A DNA stretch of 64,000 nucleotides, from the NCBI GenBank assembly GCA_937924855.1, contig CALEYQ010000071.1:10507-74506 (forward strand), given 5' to 3'. The translations under genes were made by a program, and so were the position numbers. The notes beneath the pieces are model-generated. The model was not told the DNA's origin. It worked only from the letters and a program-made list of their open reading frames with translations, and searched no databases. The stretch's first letter is position 1, and every line of letters starts with the position of its first letter. The stretch comes from an uncultured Bacteroidota bacterium (GTDB lineage Bacteria; Bacteroidota; Bacteroidia; JADZBD01). Below are positions 48,942-58,258 of the stretch, one piece after another.

Positions 48942-50751
48942 ATCCTTTTTTCTTTTTCCGGTCTTTTTCCTTTTCTTTTTCGTTTTTGGAACCCGGATTT
49001 TCATCTTTTTTGCCGGGATCATTGGAGGAAGAACCGGGCTTGTTTTTGTTGTCAAGGCCCGTTCCGGGTTTTCCTATGGTTTTATAATTGCCATCTCCTT
49101 TCAAAATAGAAGCGTAAAGAGATTTGTTTTGCAAAATCCGAATGGCTTCTTTCAATTCAGGGTCGGTTTTTTGAGTGGCTTTCAGACGGCCTTGTTGAAA
49201 ATAATAACGCGCAGCAATTTCAGCCTCCAGAAATTGGGATATTTCCGGCTTGAATTTCTGAAGATCGGCATCCTTGTCGTGGGATATTTTTTTCAAAAGG
49301 GCGTCGTATTCAGATTGTATTCCATCAAAATACTTTTCCTCTTCGGTGGTTTGTTTTAATTCTACCAGCAGCTTTTCGCTTTTGGTTGAATAATCAAAAT
49401 CTCTGGTTTTCATAAAGGTGAGAAACTCATTATACATTTCGTCACTGAAACGGAATTTTGATGCATCTGGAATGCCGGGATTCTTAATCCGGAAACCGGT
49501 GGCATAATCGAAAATGTGATTTTTGCTGACCAGCGTCGAGGTAATGGGACCAATCTTCCGGGGTTCCATAAAAATGTCGGGGTAAATGCCACTGCCGTCA
49601 TACACAAAGCGTCCTCCCTTTGTTTTATACTCCTGCATTAGGGAGTCAGGTACTTTTTCAACCTTTCCATCCGGATTTTTGTGAAAATAATCCAGGGCCT
49701 GAATGCAACGACCACTGGGGGTGTAGTATTTGGCAGTGGTTACCTTCATCTGGGTATTGTACACCAATTGGATGGTTTGCTGCACCAATCCCTTTCCAAA
49801 GGAACGCTGGCCTATGACAATACCACGGTCGAGATCCTGTATTGCACCTGAAACAATTTCAGATGCAGAGGCGGATCCTTTGTCTATCAATACCACAATG
49901 GGCATTTTTGCATCCACAGGGGCTTTGTCGGCAACATGCTCGCGGTTCATTTCCTTTATTTTTCCCTTTTGACTGACGATAAGAGAGCCCTTGTCAACAA
50001 AGAGATTTACAATTTCAACCGATTCACGCAATAAACCGCCTCCATTACCTCGTAAATCGAAAATCAAAAATTTCATTCCTTGTTTGTCGCGAAGGTTTAA
50101 AAAGGCATCTTTTACTTCTTTGGCCGCATTTTCGGTAAATCCGCTGAGCTTGATATAGCCAATACTATCTGTAACCATTCCGGAATAGGGTACATTTTTA
50201 ATTTTTATTTCTTCGCGGACCAGGGTTTTTTCAAATGGACTTGGCTCTCCCTCCCGTTTGATCAGAACCCTCACCGAGGTATTTGCCTGTCCTTTTAATA
50301 ATTTGCTAACATCGTTGGTGGTTTTTCCTTTTACGGAGGTTCCGTTTACTTCCAGAATAATATCACCCGCAATAAGACCTGCCTTCATCGCAGGAAATCC
50401 CTCATAAGGTTCAGAAATCATCACATAATCGCCCCGTTGTTGCACGAGTGCACCTATGCCTCCGTATTGCCCGGTGAGCATTACCTTGTAATCTTCTACC
50501 TCTGATTCAGGATAATATTCGGTGTAAGGGTCCAGCGACTCAAGCATCCCGTCAATGCCACGGGTCATCAATTCTCCGGGCTTTATCTCATCCACGTAAT
50601 AATTATTCAGCTCACGGACAACGGTGGCAAAAATGTCGAGGTTCTTGCTGATTTCGAAATATCCGTCTGCAAACGCAAGAGAAAAAACAGCAAAAATGCC
50701 GATGCCCCAAAGCATCAGTTTCTTTTTCATGGCTAAAATCTTCTTTTTCAT
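48940..50751 (-). CDS. ctp: S41-family C-terminal processing peptidase with K/E-rich low-complexity C-terminal tail
   Basis: PDZ domain plus an S41 catalytic region (LIDKGSASASEIVSGA, Ser-Lys dyad context), and a tail EKEKEKDRKKKKG. Confidence 0.85.
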   Translation of the reverse strand: MKKKILAMKKKLMLWGIGIFAVFSLAFADGYFEISKNLDIFATVVRELNNYYVDEIKPGELMTRGIDGMLESLDPYTEYYPESEVEDYKVMLTGQYGGIGALVQQRGDYVMISEPYEGFPAMKAGLIAGDIILEVNGTSVKGKTTNDVSKLLKGQANTSVRVLIKREGEPSPFEKTLVREEIKIKNVPYSGMVTDSIGYIKLSGFTENAAKEVKDAFLNLRDKQGMKFLIFDLRGNGGGLLRESVEIVNLFVDKGSLIVSQKGKIKEMNREHVADKAPVDAKMPIVVLIDKGSASASEIVSGAIQDLDRGIVIGQRSFGKGLVQQTIQLVYNTQMKVTTAKYYTPSGRCIQALDYFHKNPDGKVEKVPDSLMQEYKTKGGRFVYDGSGIYPDIFMEPRKIGPITSTLVSKNHIFDYATGFRIKNPGIPDASKFRFSDEMYNEFLTFMKTRDFDYSTKSEKLLVELKQTTEEEKYFDGIQSEYDALLKKISHDKDADLQKFKPEISQFLEAEIAARYYFQQGRLKATQKTDPELKEAIRILQNKSLYASILKGDGNYKTIGKPGTGLDNKNKPGSSSNDPGKKDENPGSKNEKEKEKDRKKKKG

Positions 50752-50762
50752 AGTTCCGTAAT

Positions 50763-50987
50763 TTAAGGTACCGGATCATGCCCGCTGCCGCCCCAGGGGT
50801 GACAGGAAAGTATTCTCCTTAAAGTTAAATATCCTCCGCGAAAAGCCCCGTGTTTTTTAATGGCATCCACACCGTATTGCGAACAGGTAGGGGTATACCG
50901 GCATGCAGGGCCGAGCAGGGGGGATAAGGTATATTGATACACACGAATCAATCCAACAAAAATCTTGCTAAAAACCAGGCTCAACAT
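50763..50987 (-). CDS. yidD: membrane protein insertion efficiency factor YidD
   Basis: Conserved YQ..LSP..GP.CRY.PTCSQY motif. Confidence 0.88.
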   Translation of the reverse strand: MLSLVFSKIFVGLIRVYQYTLSPLLGPACRYTPTCSQYGVDAIKKHGAFRGGYLTLRRILSCHPWGGSGHDPVP

Positions 50988-50988
50988 A

Positions 50989-51387
50989 CTATTTGATTTT
51001 TTTTTCCAGCATTTCCAGTCCTTTTTTCATTTCCACGGCAATTTCCAAATAGGAAACGGGTTGGGAACCATTAAATACAAAAGCCATTTTTATCGGCAGG
51101 TTTCGTGGATTTTCACCCAACACATGCCGGTGCTTTCTGTAGGCCTCGCGTAACCTCCGTTTCATGAGGTTCCGGTCTGTGGCCTTCTTTATTTTTCTTT
51201 TGGGAACCGAAAACATCACCTTCAGCCCACCCGGTTCCCGGTGCTTTGAATACTCCCATTTTATATGTAACGACCCCGATTTCAAAAGGTTTCCTTTTCG
51301 GAATATGTGGGAAATGGTTTTAATACTTTTTAACCTTTCCCGTGCAGGAAACTTTTCTGAAATCATGCTTAAAGTTACGGAAAACAA
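50989..51387 (-). CDS. rnpA: ribonuclease P protein component
   Basis: A basic ~130-aa protein with an RNR-like motif ([14 protein letters not shown]), positioned upstream of yidD. Confidence 0.82.
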   Translation of the reverse strand: MFSVTLSMISEKFPARERLKSIKTISHIFRKGNLLKSGSLHIKWEYSKHREPGGLKVMFSVPKRKIKKATDRNLMKRRLREAYRKHRHVLGENPRNLPIKMAFVFNGSQPVSYLEIAVEMKKGLEMLEKKIK

Positions 51388-51413
51388 AGGGGCAGGAAAA
51401 AAAACAGAGGGAC

Positions 51414-52181
51414 TTATTTTTTCCCGGATTTCTTTATGTACTGCTCAATAGCCATTGTCATGGAGGGCGTTTGCGCCTGGGGCGCAAAAATATCGAGACG
51501 AAGGCCCGCATCAATAACCGCTTTGCAGGTGGTTTGTCCGAAGGCGGCAATCAGGGTTTTGTTTTGTTTGAACTTCGGGAAATTTTTCAAAAGGCTGGTA
51601 ATTCCCGAAGGAGAAAAGAAAACCAGACAGTCATAGTTAACATTAGCCAGGTCCGACAAGTCGGAACAAACCGTTTTGTACATAACGGCCTTGGTGTGTT
51701 TTATTCCGTTTTGCTCCAGAATTTCGGGAATTTCATCTTTGAAAATATCGGCGCAGGGCAATAAAAAGTTATCTTCTTTATGTTTTTTAATGATGTCGAT
51801 CAGGTCGAAAAAGGTTTGTTTGCCGTGGAATATTTTTCGTTTCCGGTAAACTACATATTTCTGTAGGTAATAAGCTGTAGATTCAGAAATACAGAAATAT
51901 TTCATTGTTTCTGGAACTGTAATCCGTAACTCATTACATAGTCGAAAGTAGTGGTCAACGGCCATCCGGCTGGTAAGGATAACCGCTGAAAAATCAGAAA
52001 TATTAATTTTTTGGGTGCGAAAATCTTTGCTGCTTATACCTTCTACATGGATGAAGGAGCGGAAGTCTACTTTTATTCCAAATTTCTGGGCTAAATCAAA
52101 ATACGGCGATTTATCCCCCTCCGGTCTGGGTTGGGTAACCAGTATGCTCTTGATTTTGGACAGCTCAGGTTTTTTTGCCAT
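51414..52181 (-). CDS. hemD: uroporphyrinogen-III synthase
   Basis: HemD fold (ILVTQPR, VILTSRMAVDHYF). Confidence 0.78.
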   Translation of the reverse strand: MAKKPELSKIKSILVTQPRPEGDKSPYFDLAQKFGIKVDFRSFIHVEGISSKDFRTQKINISDFSAVILTSRMAVDHYFRLCNELRITVPETMKYFCISESTAYYLQKYVVYRKRKIFHGKQTFFDLIDIIKKHKEDNFLLPCADIFKDEIPEILEQNGIKHTKAVMYKTVCSDLSDLANVNYDCLVFFSPSGITSLLKNFPKFKQNKTLIAAFGQTTCKAVIDAGLRLDIFAPQAQTPSMTMAIEQYIKKSGKK

Positions 52182-52211
52182 CGGGCAGAAAGGTATGTAA
52201 TCCTTTTATTC

Positions 52212-53099
52212 CTAACCACTTACCACTTTCCAGGCCAACACCAGGGGCAGGAATTCAAGCGTGCAAAGATATAAAAATAAATAGTACAGCGATATCTTGG
52301 GATTGGCAAAAGCCTGGGTGGTTAAGCGGAAAACCCGCATCAGAAAAACCAAAACCGCCATTAGAGCGCCGCCCAGTAATAACACCCCGGAATCCCGCAG
52401 GTCTGAAAACTCCAGGAGGATTAAAAGGGGTAATAAAAACATGCCCAGGGCTTGGTTAAAAAGGAACATGCCAAAGATAACTTCGGAGGCGAGGCGTTGA
52501 AACTGGAATATAAATCCCAGGATTCGTAGCAAAACCACCTTGCCGGCAAAAATGCAGGCCACCAAGAGTGAAAGTACCCAGGAATCCAGATATGAAGCAC
52601 CATAAAACGGTATTTCCAAGCCATAAGCGGGCAGGAGATAACTGAGGAATAGCCCGATATTCAATAATGCAATCAGGGATAAGGCAATGTGAGTACGGTT
52701 TGTGAACAGATTTTCCTCCCGGATGATGATTCCTATAAACCGGTTAAAAAACAAGGCATTGAATAGGGTTTTTATCCTGGAGCGGTAATTATAAAAAACC
52801 AGGATGGCCAGGGTAATAGACAAAAAGATATAAGCCTGAACATAAAAATCGGGTGGGGCTACCTTTTTAAGCTGGGGATAGTCTTGGGCTTTGAGCTGAT
52901 GATTTGAGAGAAAGGAAGGGTGGTATTCTCCATTTACCATAAAGACCTTCTTACCCGGATAGGCAAGGGTTTTGGTATCGGAAACCGGAAACTTTTCACG
53001 GGCCTTGTTTCGGGCTTCGATACTGTCTTTTACAAAGTTTTGCCGTGCTATCTTAATGCAAAGTGCGGTATCGCCGGCTACGGGTCCTCTGAATTCCAA
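52212..53099 (-). CDS. DUF4271-family membrane protein
   Basis: Multi-TM protein, conserved downstream of hemD in Bacteroidota. Confidence 0.65.
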   Translation of the reverse strand: MEFRGPVAGDTALCIKIARQNFVKDSIEARNKAREKFPVSDTKTLAYPGKKVFMVNGEYHPSFLSNHQLKAQDYPQLKKVAPPDFYVQAYIFLSITLAILVFYNYRSRIKTLFNALFFNRFIGIIIREENLFTNRTHIALSLIALLNIGLFLSYLLPAYGLEIPFYGASYLDSWVLSLLVACIFAGKVVLLRILGFIFQFQRLASEVIFGMFLFNQALGMFLLPLLILLEFSDLRDSGVLLLGGALMAVLVFLMRVFRLTTQAFANPKISLYYLFLYLCTLEFLPLVLAWKVVSG

Positions 53100-53159
53100 T
53101 CCTGCTTTTTTACAAAAGTAAAAAAGCCATCCATTAAAATGGCAGCCAAGATATTTCCT

Positions 53160-54110
53160 TTACATTTTTGGCTTCACCACGGTAAATACCCTTGAAATGT
53201 TAAATCCAAATTTGAATCCACCCGCCAGCCAGTCGCTCTGGGTATAAGGCAAAAAATCATTTTCAATAATACCCGAAGAATTTGAAAAGTTAAGATGAAA
53301 GACATGGCCTCCGGTTTCAATTTCGATTCCTAAGGAAAGGGGAGCAAAAAAGTTGTCGTTGTTTTGGCGGTATTTACTGAACAGGTGGAAATAATCGAAA
53401 AGGATGCTGGAGCGTTTGGTTATTTTAATCCGGCCACCTATGCCCAAACTGGCAAAGCCGTTTTCGTCCGCTGCCTGGTTATTTGGGTTGTAATCCTCTT
53501 TTACAAAATTACGGTGGGTATACCCCGGAGTTAGCTGCAGTGACAACCAGGAGCTGAATTTTCTGGCAAGAAGAATTTGCGTTGTATAGGCCATCCGGTG
53601 AGCCGTTTTTCGTTCAAAAGTCGAATCTACCCCAAGGTATAGTTGCGACTCCCGCATGGGTGTAAATGTGGCCACACTGAACAGACTTAATGTAAAGGGA
53701 ATTTTATTGTCGGTTGTCTGATGAAGAATTTTCCATTTAAAATTCCCATCGAGGTTTTCTTTTCGTTTGCTCCGGCCTATGCCCAGGGCAAAATTTTCCG
53801 TTAGTCCATAATCAAATGAAATCCTGATGTCTGAAGCTTCATCAAGCCCGAAAAGGGTGTGGCCCCCTCCTGCACTTCCGGCTCCCACATTGCCAAACCT
53901 GTGGGTTACCCTGAAGTCAAGTGTTCCGGCTTTTACCTGTTCCACGGATTGGGAACTGATAATTCGGGAAGTTTTAAAGGTGGCGAAGACTTTGTTGAAC
54001 TGAGGGCCTGATTCTTCTTCCAGTAATTTCTCAAGATCGTTATCCTGAGCACGGGCCGGGTTTCCCGATACAAAAGCACCCAGAATCAGCAGGGGAAATA
54101 AAATACGCAT
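53160..54110 (-). CDS. predicted outer-membrane beta-barrel protein (DUF5777-like)
   Basis: Signal peptide, alternating amphipathic beta-strands, and a terminal aromatic residue. Confidence 0.5.
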   Translation of the reverse strand: MRILFPLLILGAFVSGNPARAQDNDLEKLLEEESGPQFNKVFATFKTSRIISSQSVEQVKAGTLDFRVTHRFGNVGAGSAGGGHTLFGLDEASDIRISFDYGLTENFALGIGRSKRKENLDGNFKWKILHQTTDNKIPFTLSLFSVATFTPMRESQLYLGVDSTFERKTAHRMAYTTQILLARKFSSWLSLQLTPGYTHRNFVKEDYNPNNQAADENGFASLGIGGRIKITKRSSILFDYFHLFSKYRQNNDNFFAPLSLGIEIETGGHVFHLNFSNSSGIIENDFLPYTQSDWLAGGFKFGFNISRVFTVVKPKM

Positions 54111-54113
54111 ATA

Positions 54114-54680
54114 TTATTTTTTCTTTGGCGAGTATGGAACAAGAGTTGCATTAAGAGTTACATCAACGGTTTCGGCAATTTTCTGAAAAACCAGTTCTGG
54201 AATGGTTATGTTGTGGTCCTTCAGGGTTATGGTAAATTTAGATTCAACAGTTATCTCGCCGCCCTTTATGGTGATTACAACGGGCAGGGTGCGATCCTTT
54301 TCAACACCATGAACGAGTAATTTACCGGCAATATTGAGTTTATAAGTTCCGTCTTTTTTCCAGTCTATGGGCTCTGTGATTTTTCCTTTAAAACTGGCAT
54401 CGGGATATTTTTCACTCTCCATATAGTTTTCATTAAAATGCTCCTGCATAAGGGCCTTTTCAAAAATGAATCCCTGAATGGGTACTTTAACTATAACATC
54501 ACCTGTGGCCGTATTCAGAATAGGCTTCGACACTTTGTTAATGGCCGTAATATCTTCCAGGGGAGCTTTTGAGAAAAAGGTAACGGACATGGATTTTCCG
54601 TTGTAGATTTGACCCATGCCGGAAGTTGCCAGCAAAATAGCCGGAAGAAAAATCAAAAATTTAAAGGGATTTGTTTTCAT
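54114..54680 (-). CDS. YceI-family periplasmic protein
   Basis: Signal peptide plus the YceI lipid-binding beta-barrel fold. Confidence 0.75.
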   Translation of the reverse strand: MKTNPFKFLIFLPAILLATSGMGQIYNGKSMSVTFFSKAPLEDITAINKVSKPILNTATGDVIVKVPIQGFIFEKALMQEHFNENYMESEKYPDASFKGKITEPIDWKKDGTYKLNIAGKLLVHGVEKDRTLPVVITIKGGEITVESKFTITLKDHNITIPELVFQKIAETVDVTLNATLVPYSPKKK

Positions 54681-54817
54681 AATGTGTTTTTTTTTGAAAA
54701 GCAGGCAAAAACCATTCCGTTTTTCCTTTTTTTAAAGATAGATAAAAATCAGAACCCGAAAAACCCCAGTCTTAAATTAATCGAATATCCGTACTTTTAG
54801 GCGCTAAATTTTTTACC

Positions 54818-55996
54818 ATGAGCAAAGATCAATATAAGCATCACGACTATTTCCAGATGGATGAGTTGTTAAGCGATGAACACAAAATGGTTCGTGATGC
54901 CGCCCGTGCCTGGGTTAAAAAAGAAGTTTCTCCCATTGTTGAGGAATATTGTCAGAAAGCTGAATTCCCTATGCAGTGGATCAAGGGACTTGCCGGGATT
55001 GGAGCTTTCGGCCCGTACATTCCGGCAGAATACGGCGGGGCAGGAATGGATCAGATTTCCTATGGGCTGATTATGCAGGAGCTTGAACGCGGCGATAGCG
55101 GCCTTCGCTCCACGGCATCCGTGCAAAGCTCGCTGGTTATGTATCCCATTTTTACCTACGGTTCGGAAGAACAAAGAAAAAAATATCTTCCAAAACTTGC
55201 CTCCGGGGAATGGATGGGATGCTTCGGCCTTACGGAGCCTGACTTCGGTTCCAACCCCAATGGAATGATTACAAATATCAAAGACAAAGGCGACCATTTT
55301 TTGTTGAACGGTGCCAAGATGTGGATTTCAAATGCTCCCTTCGCCGATATTGCGGTGGTTTGGGCAAAGGATGAAAACGGAGAAATCCGGGGACTCGTGG
55401 TTGAAAGGGGAATGGAAGGGTTTTCCACCCCCGAAACCCATAATAAATGGAGCTTGCGTGCCAGTGCAACCGGTGAACTTGTCTTCGATAATGTTAAGGT
55501 TCCCAAAGCAAATATTTTCCCAAATACCAAAGGACTGAAAGGCCCGCTGGGTTGCCTGAACTCGGCCCGCTACGGAATTGCCTGGGGTGCCATTGGAGCT
55601 GCACTCGATTGTTACGACAGCGCTTTGAGATATTCTCTGCAGCGCATTCAGTTTGATAAGCCTATCGGGGCATTTCAACTTACCCAGAAGAAACTGGCTG
55701 AAATGATTACTGAAATTACAAAAGCCCAAACCCTCACCTGGCGACTTGGAGTACTTAAAAACGAAGGACGGGCCACGCCCCAGCAAATTTCAATGGCCAA
55801 ACGCAATAATGTAAACATGGCGCTTCAGATTGCACGGGAAGCCCGGCAAATTCATGGTGCCATGGGAATCACGGGCGAATACCCCATTATGCGCCACATG
55901 ATGAACCTGGAGAGCGTGATCACCTATGAGGGAACACACGACATTCACCTCCTGATAACCGGTTATGATGTAACCGGAATCCCGGCCTTTGAATAA
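54818..55996 (+). CDS. gcdH: glutaryl-CoA dehydrogenase (acyl-CoA dehydrogenase family)
   Basis: ACAD fold with GCDH-type blocks (CFGLTEPDFGSNP, ARYGIAWGAIGAA, a catalytic Glu region). Confidence 0.85.
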   Translation: MSKDQYKHHDYFQMDELLSDEHKMVRDAARAWVKKEVSPIVEEYCQKAEFPMQWIKGLAGIGAFGPYIPAEYGGAGMDQISYGLIMQELERGDSGLRSTASVQSSLVMYPIFTYGSEEQRKKYLPKLASGEWMGCFGLTEPDFGSNPNGMITNIKDKGDHFLLNGAKMWISNAPFADIAVVWAKDENGEIRGLVVERGMEGFSTPETHNKWSLRASATGELVFDNVKVPKANIFPNTKGLKGPLGCLNSARYGIAWGAIGAALDCYDSALRYSLQRIQFDKPIGAFQLTQKKLAEMITEITKAQTLTWRLGVLKNEGRATPQQISMAKRNNVNMALQIAREARQIHGAMGITGEYPIMRHMMNLESVITYEGTHDIHLLITGYDVTGIPAFE

Positions 55997-56030
55997 AACA
56001 AAAAACCCCGTATGCGCGGGGTTTTATACA
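55997..56030. terminator. bidirectional Rho-independent terminator between gcdH and the convergent T9SS cargo gene
   Basis: AACCCCG-tatgcg-CGGGGTT hairpin, A-rich upstream and T-rich downstream. Confidence 0.6.
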
Positions 56031-56043
56031 GGTTGAATTTTCT

Positions 56044-56766
56044 TTAGTGTGAAACGGTGATTTTGCGGGTTGCAATAATTTTGTTGCCCGCTATCAGTGA
56101 ATAAAAGTAAATTCCGTTTTCAAGATCCGATACAGGAATAACAACGCTTCCCTTTCCTGGCGTTACTGGAATCAGGTTAACGGTGGCTCCCAGCATATTG
56201 AATACACGAATATGCCCGGCAACAGAACCGGTTAGTGTGTAGTTTACCGTAGTTTGGTTTTGTGCAGGATTTGGAAAAGCAGGAGAAACAAGACCTCCGG
56301 AAATATCCTTAATGCCGGCAGGTGTTGCATTCCAGCGAACGGTAAAATAGGCGGAATCATTCGGATTGGAATAATCATATACGATGTACTGAATGATAGT
56401 CATTCCAAGTTGTCCCTGGGGCATGTAATCAACAGAGCCAAGGGTGTAGTTGGACGAGCTATTTATGTTTACCCCGTTTGTAGAAGTGCCTACAAAAGGA
56501 GGGTAACACATATCCCAGCAAAAATAGTTTTGTGTGTTGGAAACAAGCTGGATCTCTCTCCGCTTCATGTAAGTGTTTTTCGCACTTCCGGAATTGTTGA
56601 TTACATCCAAGTGAACCGTTGCAGTTACCGTGGCTGTGTCAACCGTTTTATCAATGGTTTGATTGTTCAGCGTGTTGCCGTAATTATCCTTGATGGTAAA
56701 ACTCCCCTGTGCCGATACTGCGATCGCCAGAAAAAGAGGTAAGAAAAGGAGTATAGTTTTTTTCAT
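56044..56766 (-). CDS. secreted hypothetical protein with T9SS C-terminal sorting domain
   Basis: Signal peptide and CTD (AFPNPAQNQTTVNYTL...GIYFYSLIAG). Confidence 0.7.
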   Translation of the reverse strand: MKKTILLFLPLFLAIAVSAQGSFTIKDNYGNTLNNQTIDKTVDTATVTATVHLDVINNSGSAKNTYMKRREIQLVSNTQNYFCWDMCYPPFVGTSTNGVNINSSSNYTLGSVDYMPQGQLGMTIIQYIVYDYSNPNDSAYFTVRWNATPAGIKDISGGLVSPAFPNPAQNQTTVNYTLTGSVAGHIRVFNMLGATVNLIPVTPGKGSVVIPVSDLENGIYFYSLIAGNKIIATRKITVSH

Positions 56767-56821
56767 GCTAAATGGGTTTACTTAACAAAAATAGGGAATG
56801 ATTTTTTCAAATCCAACGGTA

Positions 56822-58249
56822 TTATTTAATAACTGAAAACCGGGTTGTCCAGGTATTCAGTCCTTCACTTAAGACCAGATTATACAAACCGGGTGCCAAA
56901 TCTAACTCATTGAAATCCAGCACATAATTTGCGTTTGTAGTCTTTAGAACGCGCTTAATCAAGTGCCCGGATCCATTGTAGATTTCGGCTTGAATTTTTA
57001 CGGGAGTTGAGGTATTTGGAAGGGAAACACTGAAGGAACCCGGGTTAGGGTTGGGCCAAAGGTGGGCTTTGCCCTGAATATTGCCCGGGTTTAAACCGGT
57101 GAGCAGTCCGGCCTGATCCACATGCAATAGGTAAAAATCGGAGGGAAGGGTGTCGGTATAATGACCGCAAATTAAAAAACCTCCATCCAGCGAGGGAACC
57201 ATGTCGTATCCAATATCAATTCCTGAACCGCCGTAGGATCGCACCCAGAAAATATTTCCGGTGGAATCTACTTTCCCTACCACAAGATCAAGGGGCCCTG
57301 TGTTATAGCTGTTGGAATAACCCGTAAAAGTGAAAGTTAAGTCAGGATTTTGAACTACCCCGAACATGGCATCAGCATTGACGCCTCCAAAAGTTCTTCT
57401 CCATTGGCTGTTGCCGTTCGTGTCGATCATTTCCAAAAAAAACTCAAAGGGGGAAAACATAAAAATTTCGGTTTCTCCAAACGACAGCAGCCTGCCGTCA
57501 GCAGTAATATTCAAACCCTGACACCCGTTCTGAAAAGCATCCCCGTAGTAGTAGTCCCAGATAATGTTTCCGCCGCTATCCATATGTGTCAGATTGATGT
57601 CATATCCTCCCGAACCAAAGCTTTTTGTATCTCCGGAGGTTGTAAGTGTTCCGTTGGGCATTACGCGGGTTGAAAATCCATAATCATTGTCGGTGCCACC
57701 AATGGTTTTGGTCCATTGGATATTGCCGGCACCATCCGTTTTAACAAGGTAAGTATCATTGGAACCGAAGGCATCATTGGTAAAACCCGTTAATATATAC
57801 CCACCGTCGGGCATTTGCTCAATATGCCTGATCGATTGGTTGGAAGCATCGCCATAGGTGCGTGTCCAGATTACATTTCCGTTGGTGTCAAGTTTGGTAA
57901 AAAAGTAGTCGAGGCCGTTTGTTGCGGTTTGAGTTTCTCCCACCATCATTATATAGCCGTCGGAGGAAAAAACAAACCAGTTTGCAAACTGGTCCAGACT
58001 ATCGCCATAGAATTTCGTCCATAAAACCGTTCCGGTTCTGGAGATTTTCGACAGGGCAATGTCTATGCCTCCCCAGGGTCCGTTTTCAGAAAATCCGGCC
58101 ACAAAAATACTCCCGGAAGCATTTTGTTTCAGGCAGCGGCTGTAATCGCCGGCCGGCGTTCCAAACGTAATTTCAAAAAAAACCGGTTGAGCTACCAGAA
58201 GGTGGGAACCCATCAGAAGAGCAGAGAAAAACGATATTAGATTTTTCAA
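56822..58249 (-). CDS. secreted beta-propeller-like repeat protein with T9SS C-terminal sorting domain
   Basis: Signal peptide, repeated G..G..D.Y/TGxT motifs, and CTD (WPNPNPGSFSV...GLYNLVLSEG). Confidence 0.65.
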   Translation of the reverse strand: MKNLISFFSALLMGSHLLVAQPVFFEITFGTPAGDYSRCLKQNASGSIFVAGFSENGPWGGIDIALSKISRTGTVLWTKFYGDSLDQFANWFVFSSDGYIMMVGETQTATNGLDYFFTKLDTNGNVIWTRTYGDASNQSIRHIEQMPDGGYILTGFTNDAFGSNDTYLVKTDGAGNIQWTKTIGGTDNDYGFSTRVMPNGTLTTSGDTKSFGSGGYDINLTHMDSGGNIIWDYYYGDAFQNGCQGLNITADGRLLSFGETEIFMFSPFEFFLEMIDTNGNSQWRRTFGGVNADAMFGVVQNPDLTFTFTGYSNSYNTGPLDLVVGKVDSTGNIFWVRSYGGSGIDIGYDMVPSLDGGFLICGHYTDTLPSDFYLLHVDQAGLLTGLNPGNIQGKAHLWPNPNPGSFSVSLPNTSTPVKIQAEIYNGSGHLIKRVLKTTNANYVLDFNELDLAPGLYNLVLSEGLNTWTTRFSVIK

Positions 58250-58258
58250 GACTCTAAA

